Below, in pieces: positions 37,440-52,000 of a stretch of DNA of 64,000 nt. The translations under genes and the position numbers were made by a program. Location of the stretch: assembly GCA_013265495.1 (NCBI GenBank), contig MU061579.1:3593319-3657318 (forward strand), given 5' to 3'. The notes beneath the pieces are model-generated. The model searched no databases. It was not told the origin of the DNA and saw nothing but the letters and a program-made list of their open reading frames with translations. The number at the start of each line of letters is the position of its first letter. Within the stretch, counting starts at the first letter, position 1. This stretch comes from Vicugna vicugna. Taxonomy: Eukaryota.

Positions 37440-38030
37440 CTGTTCTTTCACCTAACACATTCAATGACTCTCTGCCTTCCCCTCCCATGTCCAATTCTAA
37501 TTTTAGTTTCAAAATATTTCTAAAGTCTATATCTTTCCAACCATCAATAAAATTGGCCTACTTTTCGTCTCTGAAATATCTCTGGATTGTTACTCTCACC
37601 CCTTTCCCTAGCTCAATGCTGACAGCTTCAACTCTATCTTTCCCACTTTGTCAGACTGATTATTCCTCTGCTTAATGTTTCCCAGTTGTGAGGTTTTTTG
37701 CATGTTCACTGTGAAATTCTATGCTGTGCAATTACTTGTTTTGATTCTCTACTCTAAGAAAATCCTTCTTCATCTATTGAACTTTCCTACATTCTTCAAG
37801 ACTCAACTCTGGTATCATCTCATATGGAAGTTTTCATAGATCTCCCAGACTGGATAAATTTCCATTATGTGAACAAGTATTCATCTCTTTACATTTTATT
37901 GAACTTTAAATATTTTGCTAGCAGTCCTAACAGTCTCAACTAGATCACAAGCAATTTATGGTTAAGGAACACAACTTTTTATATTTCTCCAGCTCTCACT
38001 ACCCCAAAGTGTTCAGCATCATTTCCTTTA
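37440..38030 (+). mobile_element. Degraded L2 LINE
   Basis: CTTTCCTACATTCTTCAAGACTCAACTCTGGTATCATCTC...CAACTAGATCACAAGC typical of the L2 3' region. Confidence 0.6.
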
Positions 38031-39000
38031 CTAGTCATTACATATAAAGTTAAAATAAATTACTGATAATCTAAACCAAGCAATAATTTTTATGATTTGA
38101 AGATACTCAAAACCTTCCCAGGAAGATACATAGAATATATAGACTCGTTTTTCCAGTTCCACATCTGGATAGTTCATTTCACAAACAAACAGACTAAATA
38201 TCTCTAAAACAGTTTTAGTGCTTTGTAAACATATGAACAATTGTATTGTTAATATAAAATAGATGCTAAAATGCAGTATTACACATTATAAAAGTGTTGA
38301 TCTATTTAGGAATACTTGATTATAAAAATTAAATGTCTTAATGAAAATTAATGTTTATATTTTTACATCTGATAATCATTTTTTTAAAAAATATTGGAAT
38401 CTGTTATATAATGTTACTTGACTAATTACTGATCACAAAAATAGCCTTGTTAACATAGGTCTTGAGAGTATAATGACTTTTATTAAAACAGTATGTATGT
38501 AAAGACACATTTGGATGACAAATATTACTTTTGATTATTTACTTTAAGAAAGAACCTTTACAGGATTATTTCAACCAATGAAGAGTAAAATGTATTAACT
38601 TAATCATAATACTATATCTTGAGTAGGGAATTTATTGTGTGTTTTTAATTATTTTCTAATTATTTTTCTGGAAAAATGATGTATAAATAGTACACAATTC
38701 CTTGCTCTTACGATCAGGCATTACCTTTACGTATTTATCATATGCAAATCTAGTTCTTCTCAGAAAATAACTGGGACTGTTTTTTTAAATAACTCCTAAT
38801 CTTTAAAAATATAGAAAGATTATTTTAGAATTTAATATAAATTGGCGTAATTTAAATGTCAAAATTTTATTTAAATCCAGCAATTCGATACTTTTGCTAA
38901 AATGAATCATTGTGATAAATAATATATTGCTTGATTTAATTTGATTTTTTTTCTTTTTAATGTGTGGTTCACAGAGTAATTACCTCAAGTCAAAAGTAAA

Positions 39001-39245
39001 CATTATACATTTGTCTAAACCCATAGAACGTACAGCATCAAGAGTAAGCCCTAATATAAACTATAGATTTTGAGTGATAATGATGTGTCAGCATAGGTTC
39101 ATCAGTTGTAACAATTGTGCCACTCTGGTGGGGGATGTTGATAATGGGAGAGGCTATGCTTATGTGGGAGCAAAGGGCAAATGAGAAAATCTTTACCTTC
39201 TCAATTTTGCTATGAACTTAAACTACTCTTAAAAATATTTTTTTA
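39001..39245 (+). mobile_element. L1MC1-like 3' end
   Basis: CATTATACATTTGTCTAAACCCATAGAACGTACA...CTCTGGTGGGGGATGTTGATAATGGGAGAGGCTATG; homologous to the reverse complement of about 14680-14920. Confidence 0.85.
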
Positions 39246-39254
39246 AAAAGGGAA

Positions 39255-40067
39255 TGTGCTAATATATATATAAAAAAAAACTCTTAAAACTCAATAATAA
39301 AATAACAAGCCAATTTAAAAATGAGCATAAATCTGAATAGACATTTCTCTAAAAAAGGTATGCAAATGAGATTATAAAAAGATACTCAACATTACCAATT
39401 ATCAGGGAAATGCAAGTCAAAATCACAATGAGAGACCACTTCACACCAACTAGGATAGCTATAATCAGAAAGACAATAACAAGTTTTGGGGAGGATATAG
39501 AGAAACTGAAACCCTCACAGATTGCTGTTGAAAATGTAAAATAATGTAGCCACTTTTGAAGAGTTTGGTATTTCCTCAAAAGTTTAAACACAGAATTTCC
39601 ATATGACCCAGAAATTTCACTTGGAGGTATAAACCCAAGAGAAATAAAAATGTATGTCCACACAGCATATTATACATGAATGTTCTTAGCAGTATTATTC
39701 ATAACAGCCAAAAGGTAGAAACAACCTATATGCCCATCAACAGATGACTGAATAAATAAACTGTACCAATCCATACAATGGAGTATTTTTCAGCAATAAA
39801 ATGAAAGGATTATTTGATACATGCTACAATATGGATAAACCTTGAAAACATTAGGATAAGTGAAGTGACAGAAAGTAGATCAGTGGTTGCCTAAGGCTGG
39901 GGAGAACGAGGGGGAAACGGGGAGTGATTGTTACTAGTGATGATTACACAACTTGGTGAGTATACTAAACTGAATAGACTAAATTGTATACTTTAAATGT
40001 GTAAATTGTATGGCGAGTGAATTATATTTCAATAAAGCTATGATTAAAAAACAAACAAACAAACAAA
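39255..40067 (+). mobile_element. L1MB-type L1: ORF2 C-terminus and 3'UTR
   Basis: Translates REMQVKITMRDHFTPTRIAIIRK (compare L1 ORF2 REMQIKTTMRYHLTPVRMA); ends TCAATAAAGCT with an (AAAC)n tail. Confidence 0.9.
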
Positions 40068-41890
40068 GCAGAGGTTTCCCATGGCCCCATGTCTTTCACT
40101 GCTATTGGCTAAGTCTTACAAGCCGAGGGGTATGATTAATTCATTTTTATTTTCATATTAACGCAAGGTCTGGAAACTCTGAATATTCACAGGAGCTTGA
40201 ATTTTTTTTGCCCTTACGCTGACTCACCCCTAATTTCATACACATTTGTGTCTGGTTCTGAGTTCTCTCTGTATCATATTTCAAATGTTCTTTGAATGTA
40301 AGTTTCAGAACTCTGCACATCTGACAATCTTCAGATCTCCTACTTTGCAGGTGTTCTCTGTCTAGCCAACCCTTCAAAAACAGGGGAACTCCTATCACAC
40401 ACAGGAATCATTTCCCTGGATGTCAGCCTCTTACAAAACCTTAAACTCCTACATCCTCTCAGTTGGTCTTACTTGACTGACTCACCAATTTGCTTATAAC
40501 TTAAAGTAATGAGCTAATCTTCCCCTTCTTCTGGCCCCTAGTTATAAAAATCTGTATGCCATTATTTGTACTGTAACCACTTCTGAGTTTTAAAAATAGA
40601 AACAACTTGTATAAAATTATCTACCAGATTTTTTCTCAGAAGAATTTGACATATGCTATCATAATAAAAACAGGATGAGAACAAAGGAAAGGATCTGTAT
40701 AGGTCTGAAAGCAAAACAGAAGAAAATCTCACTGGAGCTGGCCATCCAGCTAACAAGTCCCTCCAAGGCTGTAAGTACTCCTGTCTTTTGGCTTACTGAT
40801 TAAGTATCAGTAAAACTATGTTGAGTGGCTGTGCCTTCTAATAAAATGATTTTGAGCAAAGCACCCAAAGGAGCCAGAGGAACAATAAGGTTATTCTCAT
40901 AATAAGATTAACTATCAAACCTGAAAGCAAAGTTAAAACTCTGAGTTAATACTGAAAAGAATCTTTCCATAAACATTTGTACTGTCTATTGTTCCCTGTG
41001 TCCCCACTACTTAACTTTTTATAACATGAGGATTATTGACATTATTCTATCATGTCCTAAAGACCCTATCTTTGCCCTTCTGTTTTCTCCTTTGAGCTTT
41101 TATCAAGGCAAATTACAACAATATAAAACAAACGTATGAACATGAATTTAACCAGTTCTTTCTAGTTCATGGCTTCAAATGTCATCCAAGTGAATATCAT
41201 CTTTGTGTGACAATTAAAATCTACTCTTTGAGAGATTTACAACAACCAATTCTCCCTCTCTTTCTTTTGTTCTCTACTTGCAGAGATGTACACATTAACA
41301 CTGCATACACAACTTGCATTTGGAAATTCAAATGCATTGAAAGTAGTGCCTCTCCTACATACAAGATTAATTTTCCAGCCACTAATATAAAGATATGCCA
41401 GAATTCATTGAAAGAATGAGAGAATAAATCTCAAGTGATATGTTCGAAATAATTTTGTTGCATGGCAGATTATTTTAGACAATGGTTTAGTCAACATCTT
41501 CACTTAGTTAATGCTCATTTAAAGTGTATGCTCAGAAGAACTCATCCCAATTATAGTATTTAATACTGCAGCTTGTACCCTTCCATACTCCTGATCTTTT
41601 TTCTACTTGACATTTTCTAGAGACTGGCACTTATTATTTTCAAATATATTATATAAATTACTAATTATTGATTTTATGTGTATCATCTTTATCATCTAAT
41701 TATCTCCTTTATGGAGACATCTACCTATCCAAAATATAAACTCCATATTCACTAATATATCTCATCGTCTAGAACAGGGATTGATATCTAGAGAATGCTG
41801 ATGAAATATTTGGTTAAATGAAAGATTTCTGAGTTCTGGGTCAAGATGTTTGCTACTGAAACCTAAACAATTCACTTCTGACTTAAACAT

Positions 41891-42615
41891 TGTATTACTT
41901 TTCTATGTTTCAAACAAATAACCCCATATATAGTGGCTTAAAACAATGTATTTGCTAGAGTTGCTGTCAGGGGTCTGAGCACAGATTAGTTACGTCCTCT
42001 CATCAGGGACTCCATAGGTTGGACTGAGTTCTCATCGGGTGGCTTATCTGGGGAAGAATCTGCTTCTAACTGCATGAAGAATGATGGTCAAGTTAACTTC
42101 CTTACAGCAGTATGTCTGAAGGCTCCCACTTCTTACTGACTGTGGTTAAAGCCTGCTTTCCTGTTCTGGAGGACACCCAGAGTAACCCAACAGATGGCCT
42201 TCCCCATTGACAGTTTCAATTAAGGTAGTCTGCCCCTTCAAGGCCAGCAAGGAGGATGTCTGACCTCAGGAGAGCCTAGTCCCTCATTAAAGTGCTCTTA
42301 CCTGTGCAGTCAGGCCCCCTTAAATAACGTTGCATTTGATTAATTCAAAATTAACTGAGTTGTGATCTTAATTACATATCCATAATCTCTTCAGCTTGCC
42401 ATATAGCATAATCTAATCAATGGAGTAACATCCATTACCTTTGCCATATAACAGACTTCAATCATGGGAATGGCATCCACCATGTTCACCATATTCTCTC
42501 AGCTAAAAGCCAATCACAAACATCTTGGCCACTCAGGATGGAGGGGATTAAACAAAGATCTGGACATCAGGAGGTAGGAAATCATTGAGGGTAAACTTGG
42601 GGTCTGTGTGCCATG
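41891..42615 (-). mobile_element. MaLR solo LTR, MLT1E/F-like
   Basis: TGTATTACTTTTCTATG...AGTGGCTTAAAACAA...CTGGGGAAGAATCTGCTTC...TCAAGGCCAGCAA...CTTAATTACAT...GGAGGGGATTA. Confidence 0.8.
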
Positions 42616-42845
42616 CAAACTAATTAGTGTTTATAAACTGGCTGCAAATTAAGCGATTTGTTCTATGTTAAAAATCTTAAATTTTTGTCACAATACTGTA
42701 ATTGGGTTTATGTAACTGGAAATTTTAGTTCACTCCCTGTCAATACACATCACTAAAAACATATTTATTCAACAATATATTTATTAAATGAAAAAACAAT
42801 CATTTGTGGTCTTTTTTTAACTTAAAATTCTCAGGTTTTATTGTC

Positions 42846-43132
42846 TTTTTTTTTAATTGAAGGATAGTTGATGTACAATATTATATAAGTTATAAGTGTA
42901 CAATATAGTGATTCAAAATTTGTAACGGTTATACTCTATTTACAGTTATTATACAATATTGGCTGTATTCCCTGTGTTGTATAACATATCCTTGTAGCTT
43001 ATTTTATACATAATAGTTCGTACCTCTTAACCTCCCACTGCTATACTGATAACACTACTTTGTTCTCTATATCTGGCTCTGCTTCTTTTTTGTTATATTC
43101 ACCAGTTTGTTGTATTTTTTAGATCTACTTAT
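42846..43132 (-). mobile_element. 5'-truncated L1 3' end, artiodactyl type
   Basis: TTTTTTTTAATTGAAGGATAGTTGATGTACAATATTATATAAGTT...GGCTGTATTCCCTGTGTTGTA...TTCACCAGTTTGTTGTATTTTTTAGAT. Confidence 0.85.
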
Positions 43133-43339
43133 GGTTTTTGATTCAATTTCTCTGAGTACAAATGTCTTAGGAATCTCTACATACTATGATTATTAGTGAT
43201 AATTGATTCCTCTCTTTTTTACCTTTCTTCTACGAAATTTTCTGTTTCTATAAGCATTTTATCTATTCCTTCTACTAAGTTTGTTGTTTAGATCATTTTT
43301 CAAATGTCTCCTTGAATTTTGTAGCTTATACTTTAATTT

Positions 43340-43820
43340 TATTAAGGCCTTTTTTTCTTTCAGTGTATCAAATTTATTAATTTTCTTGATTGATCATTGC
43401 ATCTTTTTTATCTCAAGATACTTTTTTTATTCTTAGTTTGGAAAGACAGTTCCATTCATTTCAGTGTCTCAAAGATTTGGTATTTTTTATTTTTCTGGAC
43501 TTAATTTGTGTGGGTGCTTAGACTTAGAAGTCTGTTTTTACTTTATTGCACATTGATAATCATTTTTTCTAGCCTCATTTCTTGAAGGGATCTTATTTTT
43601 CCAATGATTTGCAATGGTATGTATGTCATATATCAAAGTGCCATATATTTGGGGAACTTTTCTGGATTCTCTACTTGTTCTATCTTTTTTTGCTATTCCA
43701 GCACCATGTCACTTAATAAATCTTTGTAGTAAGTTTTTTATATCTGGCAAGGCAATTTTCTACTCTCATTTTTTATTCTTCAGAAAATTTTGGCTACACT
43801 TGGCAATTAAAATTTTTCCA
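43340..43820 (-). mobile_element. Old L1 (L1ME-type) ORF2 fragment
   Basis: TGTCATATATCAAAGTGCCATATATTTGGGG...TTTCTGGATTCTCTAC...TATCTGGCAAGGCAA...TATTCTTCAGAA. Confidence 0.65.
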
Positions 43821-46652
43821 CAATGATGTCATCTTCCATATCCTTTCATTTATATGAACTGATTCACAAAAACCAGATTTTATGTCAAGATGGATGAGTA
43901 AATAACCTATTAATTACACAGTCCTACTTGTGGATTTTGGTCATTTCTACAGTATTTAAAAAAATCATAAAGTTTATGGTTGAAATTTTTACCTTAAATA
44001 TAGAAATTGCCTCTAAGAAGGGTCTAATTTTTCTTAAATTGGCAGAGAGAGAGAGAGAATTAGTCACCTGAAAAGCCTCAACATGCAGCCTAATATACTT
44101 GGTGATACCACCAATTTCACAAAACCACTTATTTGAGTTATATATGCTTCTGTAAATACTTACCCCATGTCTGGAATGACATTTCCAATGTCATAACTGA
44201 TAGGTCCTCTTCCATGTTCTTTCTGTCAACATTAACTTCATACTAGGTATTGGGTATATGGTTGACTCATTTTCTTTTAAATCTAATAAGTATTATAAAA
44301 TTTATAAAGTGTTAAAAATGTATATGAGATTAATAGCATGGATGTGAAAGCAATCGAGGAAAGGAAGTCTTTTCTAAAATCTTGAAGAGGAACATTTTAG
44401 ACCATATTTTTTTGAGGAAATTAACTTGACTTATTGTTGTGGTTTTGTTCCATACCTCATTTTTTTTTTTGCCTCCATGCATGAGTGTGTGTGGTATGTA
44501 TGGATAAACTTTCTCATCATTAGGACCTCTTTTTAGATTTCATTTCTAACTACATAGACTGACTGAAAGAAGAGGGTAGGGATTGATGGAAAAGCTAAGT
44601 GAATTTTGGCTCTTGTACTATGTAACTAGCTTTAAAATAATTAAGCATAAATATAATTGAGAAGTTCTTGGTAATTTCTGTAGAAATAAGTGAATATACG
44701 AACAGCTGACACTGCATCTACCAATTTCATTAATAACTGACCGATTAGTCAAATTTTGTTTCATATATCATGAGTAATAAGCTGACATCTCTAACCTGTG
44801 ATGTTTAAGTGATAAATAAGAAGAAGCCCATTTTAGTCCTGTTCTCTTCTTGCCAGAAGGAATTTTATCATAACAGTAAGAACAGATTCCTAAGTAAGAG
44901 TATACTAATGGAGTTGAGTCTTCTGGCATGGCTTAAATTTTTAAGGATTTTGGCAGCTTAATTGGTAAAGGGTATGCCAGATTGCTAAATGATTGTAAAT
45001 TAAGGGGGAAAAATATATATATATCATATTATTTAGTTGGGTTTTATAATTAAAGAGAAAGTCTGAATCTTGTTTAAATTAAAGAATCAATTTAATTCAA
45101 TTCCGTTGAAGCCACAGAAATTGAGTATTTTTATGTGTCTAGCACTCTGCTCAACACCCCAAATGAAGCACTGCTATTTGAACCTCTAACCCCTTCTCCA
45201 GGAAACGACAACTCATTTGGTGACAACAAAACATCAATATATAAAACAATTTGAGTTGACCATGGAGCTGCTTTTAATCAGCCTAACACAGTTGCTGGAA
45301 GCATCTACTGAATTAGTTTTGTTCAGCCATAAGTTCAATCCCAAACTTAACATCATTGCCCTTGCTGATGTGGCTCTGGGCCAGAATAGGCAAGAGGCTA
45401 ACAAAATTTGTCCAATTTACTCTAAGCAATTTGATTTAACTGGCAGTTGTTACCTTGGTGTCCCATCTCCTGACAGGCAGATTTAAAGCCCTGCAATGTG
45501 CAGCCAGGCTGCATGCCAGGGTGTCAGGACCTAACTGTAACTGCCCTGGTTCTCTCTGCCATAATCTCTATCAACAGCAAACAAATTAACATTTCACAGT
45601 CAAAATACAGGGCAGTGGCTAAAACTCCTGTTTTATATGTGTAAAAGCATCTCTCCCCTCATTTGGACAATAAAAGACCTTGCTTGTGTCCCAAACTTGG
45701 CATGAGGCAACAGATTTCCCAGTGAATTCAAGAGGATGTATACAACTGATAAATCTCAATGATCTATAATTGTTAACGGGTGATATACAAGCATAAGCAT
45801 AAAAATCCAAATCGCGAATCACCAATTGTGATGGTTCTAAAGTGGATTAGGTTTATTCAGAAGGCACTTGGCTACCCAGGGCAAGCATGAAAATGTACTT
45901 GAGAATGTTCAAATGAAATGATGCCTGGTTGATGATCTTTTGCCTAGATGTGTAGTGCTAATATATGTTTGACTGTTTGCAGTAGGATGGGATGTTTTGT
46001 TGTATTGTAAAAGTGTGTATCTTTTTAAAGGGATGTCTCTGTCCCAGATATATAACTCACAGATTAAATGATGATAAACCAATACATACTCTGTGGAGCC
46101 ATTCTTCTTTCCAAAACTCAGAACTGATTTTCTCATTTCATCCAACTATCATAAAAATTTGGCCATAAAGATTTACAGACCAACAACATAGTTTCTCAAT
46201 ATATATTTGTCGAGTAAAGCATTGAGTGAAGAATTTTTACAACTGCATTTTCAACAGGTTTTAGATGAGCTACAGGAGCCTTCTTTCTCAAATTTCTTAT
46301 CTTGTTTATGACATCATTGAATTTTTCTGTTCCAGTCTAGAATTCATATAATATAAATTTTTCCAGTAAAAAATGGTTCAATAAATATGTAAATATAATA
46401 AATACATGGGATATCAGATAGAGTACTCAGAAGGCTACTGCCTCATTAGTGGGCAAAATATTAACCCCAGACTAAAGATATTTCTTGCTCAATTGTAACA
46501 GCCAAATAACTGAATATTAAACATACAGAAGTCATTTCAGAAATAGTTCTTTGTCCAAAATCATGGTGTACATTTTGGTCATCATTATCCTTTTTATCAC
46601 TGATACATATATTCAATCACATCATTCAAAGAATCTTCACATCAATTAACAG

Positions 46653-47103
46653 AGTATTAGAGTCCTAGGGCAGCTGTGCAATACAAACTTGGTGAACTAA
46701 AAATATGGAAATGTATCTTTTTACAGATCCAAAGAAGCCCGGAAGTTCAAAATAAAGGTGTTGTCAGGGCCACACTCCCTTCAAAGGCCCTGGGAGAGAA
46801 TCCATCCTGGCCTCTTCCAGCTTCTAATAGCTTCACATATTCCTTGGCTTGTGTTAGCCTAAGTCTCATCTCCACTTCTGTCTTTACATGGCCTTATCCC
46901 GTGTCTCCGGGTCTCAAATCTCCCTTTGCCTCTCTCTTGTAAGGACAGCTGTCATTGGATTTAGGTCCCAACCTATATAGGATGATCTCATCTCAAGTAC
47001 CTTGGTTTAGCTACATCGGCAAAGGCCATCTTTATAAGTCAAGTCACATTCACAGTTTCCTGGTGGGCATATCTTTTGAGGGAACATAATTCAATTCACT
47101 ATA
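46653..47103 (-). mobile_element. MaLR solo LTR, MLT1B/C-like
   Basis: GTATTAGAGTCCTAGGGCAGCTG...AAGGTGTTGTCAGGGCCACACTCCC...CCTGGCCTCTTCCAGCTTCT...GTCATTGGATTTAGG...GTCACATTCACAG. Confidence 0.85.
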
Positions 47104-48824
47104 GGCAGTAAAGATCATAAAAGGACATTTCTTTCATTGCAGGAAGAATTTTAGTTAGTAGAAAAACATGGGCTATGTTAGTAAATTTAAGAAATGTTTA
47201 CAAATCAGCCAGACTATGAGAGTAAATGAGGGGATAAAATAGTATGGAGAAGGCTACAGAAACATTCACATTCTTGCAGCTTTAAGAGTGTGGTGAGTCA
47301 AGAACACAGTTAAGGGTTGAACAGTTATAAACGTTCCAACAGTCTTTGTATCAAGAACCTCTCCTGATTAAGTTCTGAGAGCCCTCCTCACCTCTTGGTC
47401 ATGATAATATAGTGATAGTGAGAAAAACCATTCAAAGTCAGTTATAATTAGAGAAAAAACAACATGTAGTTTAGCTATCTTAAACATGGAAAACAAATCT
47501 AGAGCTAAGTTTCAGATGAGTATACAGCAAATCACAAGATCACTGAGAAAAATCGACTAATGAATTTGCTATGCAGCTACAAAATTGATGAAAATCACAC
47601 TGACTTGGTTTGTATTTATTAGAAAGAAATGGGATGTTTACAGATCTGTGTTGCTTTGCCTGTATGAAAATGCACAAAAGAAAAAAAGCTGGAGTAAGAT
47701 GATTCACTAAATATGACAATGCTGAAACTATATAAGTGGTTACCTATAGATCCTTCTCAGAGGAACGTACTATGGAAAAGGAAAAAAAAAAGTGAACTTG
47801 TTCTCAAATGCTGAACTAGGTCAGAAAAATTCAAGGAACTTCCTTTGGGATAGAGACTACAACAGTACTGGCTCTTATGGCTCATGATGTAAAATCTGTT
47901 AAGAGTTCATTGGCTTCAATTTTTGCACAATAACTTGCTCAGCAATTATGTACTGAGTGACTATGTTCCTGGTCTGTGGAAATTATAAAATAAATTCTCA
48001 GGATAGTCAGCTAAAGTGAGAATCAATTAACCATAGATTAGGTTAGACTAATACAGAAAAAAAATGTTATTAGTAGGCCAAGTTAAAAAAGAAAGGAAAG
48101 ACAGACATATTAATGAACTCCTTAAACTGTTTATTGCTAAAAGGACTTAAGATACACAAATAAGAAAAAGTGAAAATCCATCAAAATAAAACAGGATATA
48201 ATTATGACTTTAAATTTCTCAGCAGATTAAATAATAAACATTATTTGATTCGGAATTTGGGGTTAAATGTGTTTTTTTTTAATGGGCCTCTCATTAAAAG
48301 AAAAATATGCCATCCCATAATTCAGTTTATTTAAGGTAGGAAATGCTCATTAGGATTTTTCCTTGCTGAAAATCTCCTTAAAAAAAATGAGAACAAAATA
48401 TGTTCCTGGTATTGTTTTTTGTTATCAGAATAATCACATCAATTTTTTATGCATGTGATCTCATTCAAAATCTTACAGGCAAGATTTCAGAATCTACTGT
48501 GCTGAAGACATGCAGTAAGAGCTAGGGGAAATGGAGACTTGAACTGGGATAAATCATTTCCTACATGAATATTCTGATATCTGTACTGCTCAGAACACAG
48601 AATAATTCATTACTGGCAAGTGAGTAGCATATACATAGTAAGGTACATAAAAATGTGATGACTGCCTAAGGAAACAGAATAAAACATGTTGTTAGAGTAA
48701 GACATGTATGGACATTTCTTAAAGAAAGCTTCTCATATATCTCTAAGAAATAAAGTGGTTCATACAATTAGTCAGTTAAAGTCATGGTACAAACACACAA
48801 AATGTAATAAATGATGGTTGATTT

Positions 48825-49010
48825 ACAAATATTTATCAGAAAATTATTAAGAACTCATTCTTGCCAGGTGCTGTTCTAACTGCTCTTTCATAGTAATTTA
48901 CCTATTGCTCAGAACAAGCCTATGAAGTAAAACGATTATCCCCATTGCACACATGAGGCTAGAGAAACACAACAATAGGAACTAATTCGCTCACAGTTGC
49001 ACACTTGGCG
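48825..49010 (-). mobile_element. MIR
   Basis: TGCCAGGTGCTGTTCTAAC...CTCAGAACAAGCCTATGAAGTA...ATTATCCCCATTGCACACATGAGG. Confidence 0.7.
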
Positions 49011-49479
49011 TGTGGAACAACAAAGAAAGGGTAACAGAACAGAGAAAACAGAACATATCTGAAAAGAGTGTAGTGGGATAGGAGGGAAAATAGTTTTTTT
49101 AAAGCCCTCTTAGATTTTCATGAAAAATCCGATCCACTCAAGTGATTAAATTAGGTAGGTTTTTCAGCATCTTGTAGATATTGATGTTTTTACATGTCCT
49201 GTATTTCTGAGTCAGCCAAGTCAACAGACATAATCATTACTAACAAAATTTTTACAGTAGTGTTTTACCGTTTCATATGTACTCAGCACCTTTTAGAAAC
49301 CGAAATAAGAATACTTTTCCCGGTCAGATACCCGTGAAAATATATGTTGAAAACACATCAAATAAAATTATGAAAATTCTCTCAGGATATTCATTTTAAA
49401 GCACTATTTTTAAGAGTTTTAAGCCGTTTTCTTTCAGATTGACTCTTTGAAACACTCCTATAAACAAAGCGGGTCTTTG

Positions 49480-49600
49480 TATTCATTTTAAAATGATGAA
49501 TCACAAGCTTAGAGAAAGGAAGTGGCTTCCCCAAAATCATGCAACACGAAAGCAAGCAAACAAAAAAAGGATCCAAATACAAGATTCTCAATTCCATATT
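49480..49600 (-). mobile_element. MIR fragment
   Basis: CATTTTAAAATGATGAATCACAAGCTTAGAGAAAGGAAGTGGCTTCCCCAAAATCATGCAAC. Confidence 0.6.
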
Positions 49601-51289
49601 CAATCCAGAAATCCTTAGATTCAATTCTTTGAGGGAAAAGTTTCTAGCTTCAGTCATGGAAGCTGACACAACAACAGTTTTCAGTAGGCTGCATAAACAT
49701 TTGGAAAATTTATCATGGAACAAGTACTTATTATAAAAGGGAACAATTCAGAGTGTATTATACAGTGAATTGTAATTTAGGATTTGCAAAATAATTTATG
49801 GACAACTAACTAGATAATTTTCTTAGGGGGAAAATTAAAATGAAGGAGCTCATAATGCTTGAATTATATGTAAAAATAATAAAAACATACCACATGCTTC
49901 CCAAATTTAGTTATTTCTGTAAAGGTAATCCTTTACGGAATGGTTTACTAAAATATGTATAAATTTATAGACTTGGCAAGACACAGTATCAGAGAATATA
50001 CCCAGAGCCATTTCACACACACATAAATACACATTCTCACTCTCCTGCTACACGCTATATTACATAGGACTAACGTTATAAAAAAATGTTTAATCAGAAC
50101 ACATCAATCGTGGTTCTAGGACTCTGGGCCTTTAAATTTTCTAATATGCTTGTGCTTAAATAATTCACCAAGCAGCTTAAGCCCAAGATTATATCTCAGA
50201 TCCAATAGATGTGAATCTCTTCCCTTCCATTTGTAATGAAGAACAGATTAAAGATTTTGCTAATGAAAATGATTGAGAGTAATCCAGAAAAGCAAAAACA
50301 GACCTTCCCAACAAATAAGCCGGCTTTAAACACTGTTAATCTGATGAGGCTAGGGAGAGTTTAATTAAAATTCTATCTCCCATTTACCTAATATTAAAGA
50401 GTAAAATATCTGCTAAAACAGCTTTCTCTTTAACGTGGTTCTTTTTCCCTCTTTGGGGCTGACTGAAAAACAAAGTTGAATTTAAACAGAAAAAAATCAT
50501 TTCATCAACTCTTTTATTATTATAATTTTGGGGGTAGAAGTCACAGCCCTGAGTTGGTAATGAAGACGAGATTCTGCTCAGTGACTTCATTGGGTCTCCC
50601 ATGTCAGATTGAAGGTAATATAATGTGAGAATTTTATACATGTTTCATTCTCTGGGTGATAATTTGGTGCTAGTAGATACTTTAAATACTCTAAGATTTA
50701 GACTGACATCTGCCTGGTTACTTGATTCTCAAGTCAGCAATGCCAGTAGGCGACATGTAGTAAGCAAAGAAAGGTGGTTACTATACTTCTATTCAAATGT
50801 ACATTAATTTCAAAAGATGACAGAAAAATATTTCATAACTCATCCAAGTTTTCAGTGATAGTAAATTCTAGTTAAAAGAACACAACTTGGGTTTTTACTA
50901 GCTGCACTGTTTAGCTGCTAAATATAAATAGTGCAGTGTCCACTAAACCATTAACAATTTATTTAAATTTCATATAACATTCATAGATTATTGTGAATAA
51001 ACAGTGTTGATTTGTGATTAACATTTTTAAAATTTGGGAATTCCTAAAATTTGCTGGAAAAAAAGGTGTGAACTCAGTGTTTGTTTACTGTCCTTAAAAC
51101 AGGGACAAAATATGTTTGCTCTTGGTGAATTTGGCATTTAGGTATGATGCATTTTACAGTAAAGAAAATATTTATACCCTAATAACAAATTTACTATAGC
51201 TTTTTGACAAGTCAGACAAGTTATACAAAAACATCATTTTAATCTTTCTGATGGAAACTTTTTGCATTATTCAAATACAATTCTTCTTC

Positions 51290-52000
51290 ATCCTATAGAT
51301 ACACATTGATAACCCCAGCCATTAGCTCTTCTCTGTTACTGAAGAATGTCTTTATTTCTACTCAATCTTCTAAACCAGTAAAAATACTTTAGAGAATTTA
51401 ATTTTTTAAAAAAAAGACAAAACAACCAATAAACAATGAGAAGTCTAACAAAAAATCCTTCTTTGAATCTGTATCTTCTTCCATTTGTGTGCGGTCTCTT
51501 TCCTTATTCAGCCAATCTTCTTGATATGTAACTTAAAGCCACTTTGCTACTTCTTCCTATTCTTTTTATTTTTCTTACTTCTTTTTATTCTCAATCCACT
51601 GCAGGCTGGCCTCTTCCTCTACCATATGAGTGAAACTCTGCTGTCAAGAGTCACCAATATCCTCCTGATTGGCAAGCCAGTAGATCTTTTAAATTACTGG
51701 ACTTTGCTTCAGGGGCAGGGTTCCGCACTCAAGATGTATGACTTGTGTTTACCATGGCAGACATAGGACTGTGTTTGTGCTCTGTTCTGGCTCTTACTTC
51801 TCAGTCTGCTACTCAGTGCCTTTCTCCTCTGTCCATTCTTTAAGTTGTTGATATTCCTTTGGTTTCTTCTTATTACATATAATTTTACGGGACAAATTCA
51901 TTCACGCTTATGGTTTTGACCACACATGTAACTCTGCTCAGTATAGTCATCTGGATAGCATGGAGATACTTCAAGTTCCAATAAAACACTCATTGATGTT
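51290..52000 (+). mobile_element. Degraded L2 LINE
   Basis: ATTCTCAATCCACTGCAGGCTGGCCTC...TGAAACTCTGCTGTCAAGAGTCACCAAT typical L2 block. Confidence 0.65.
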
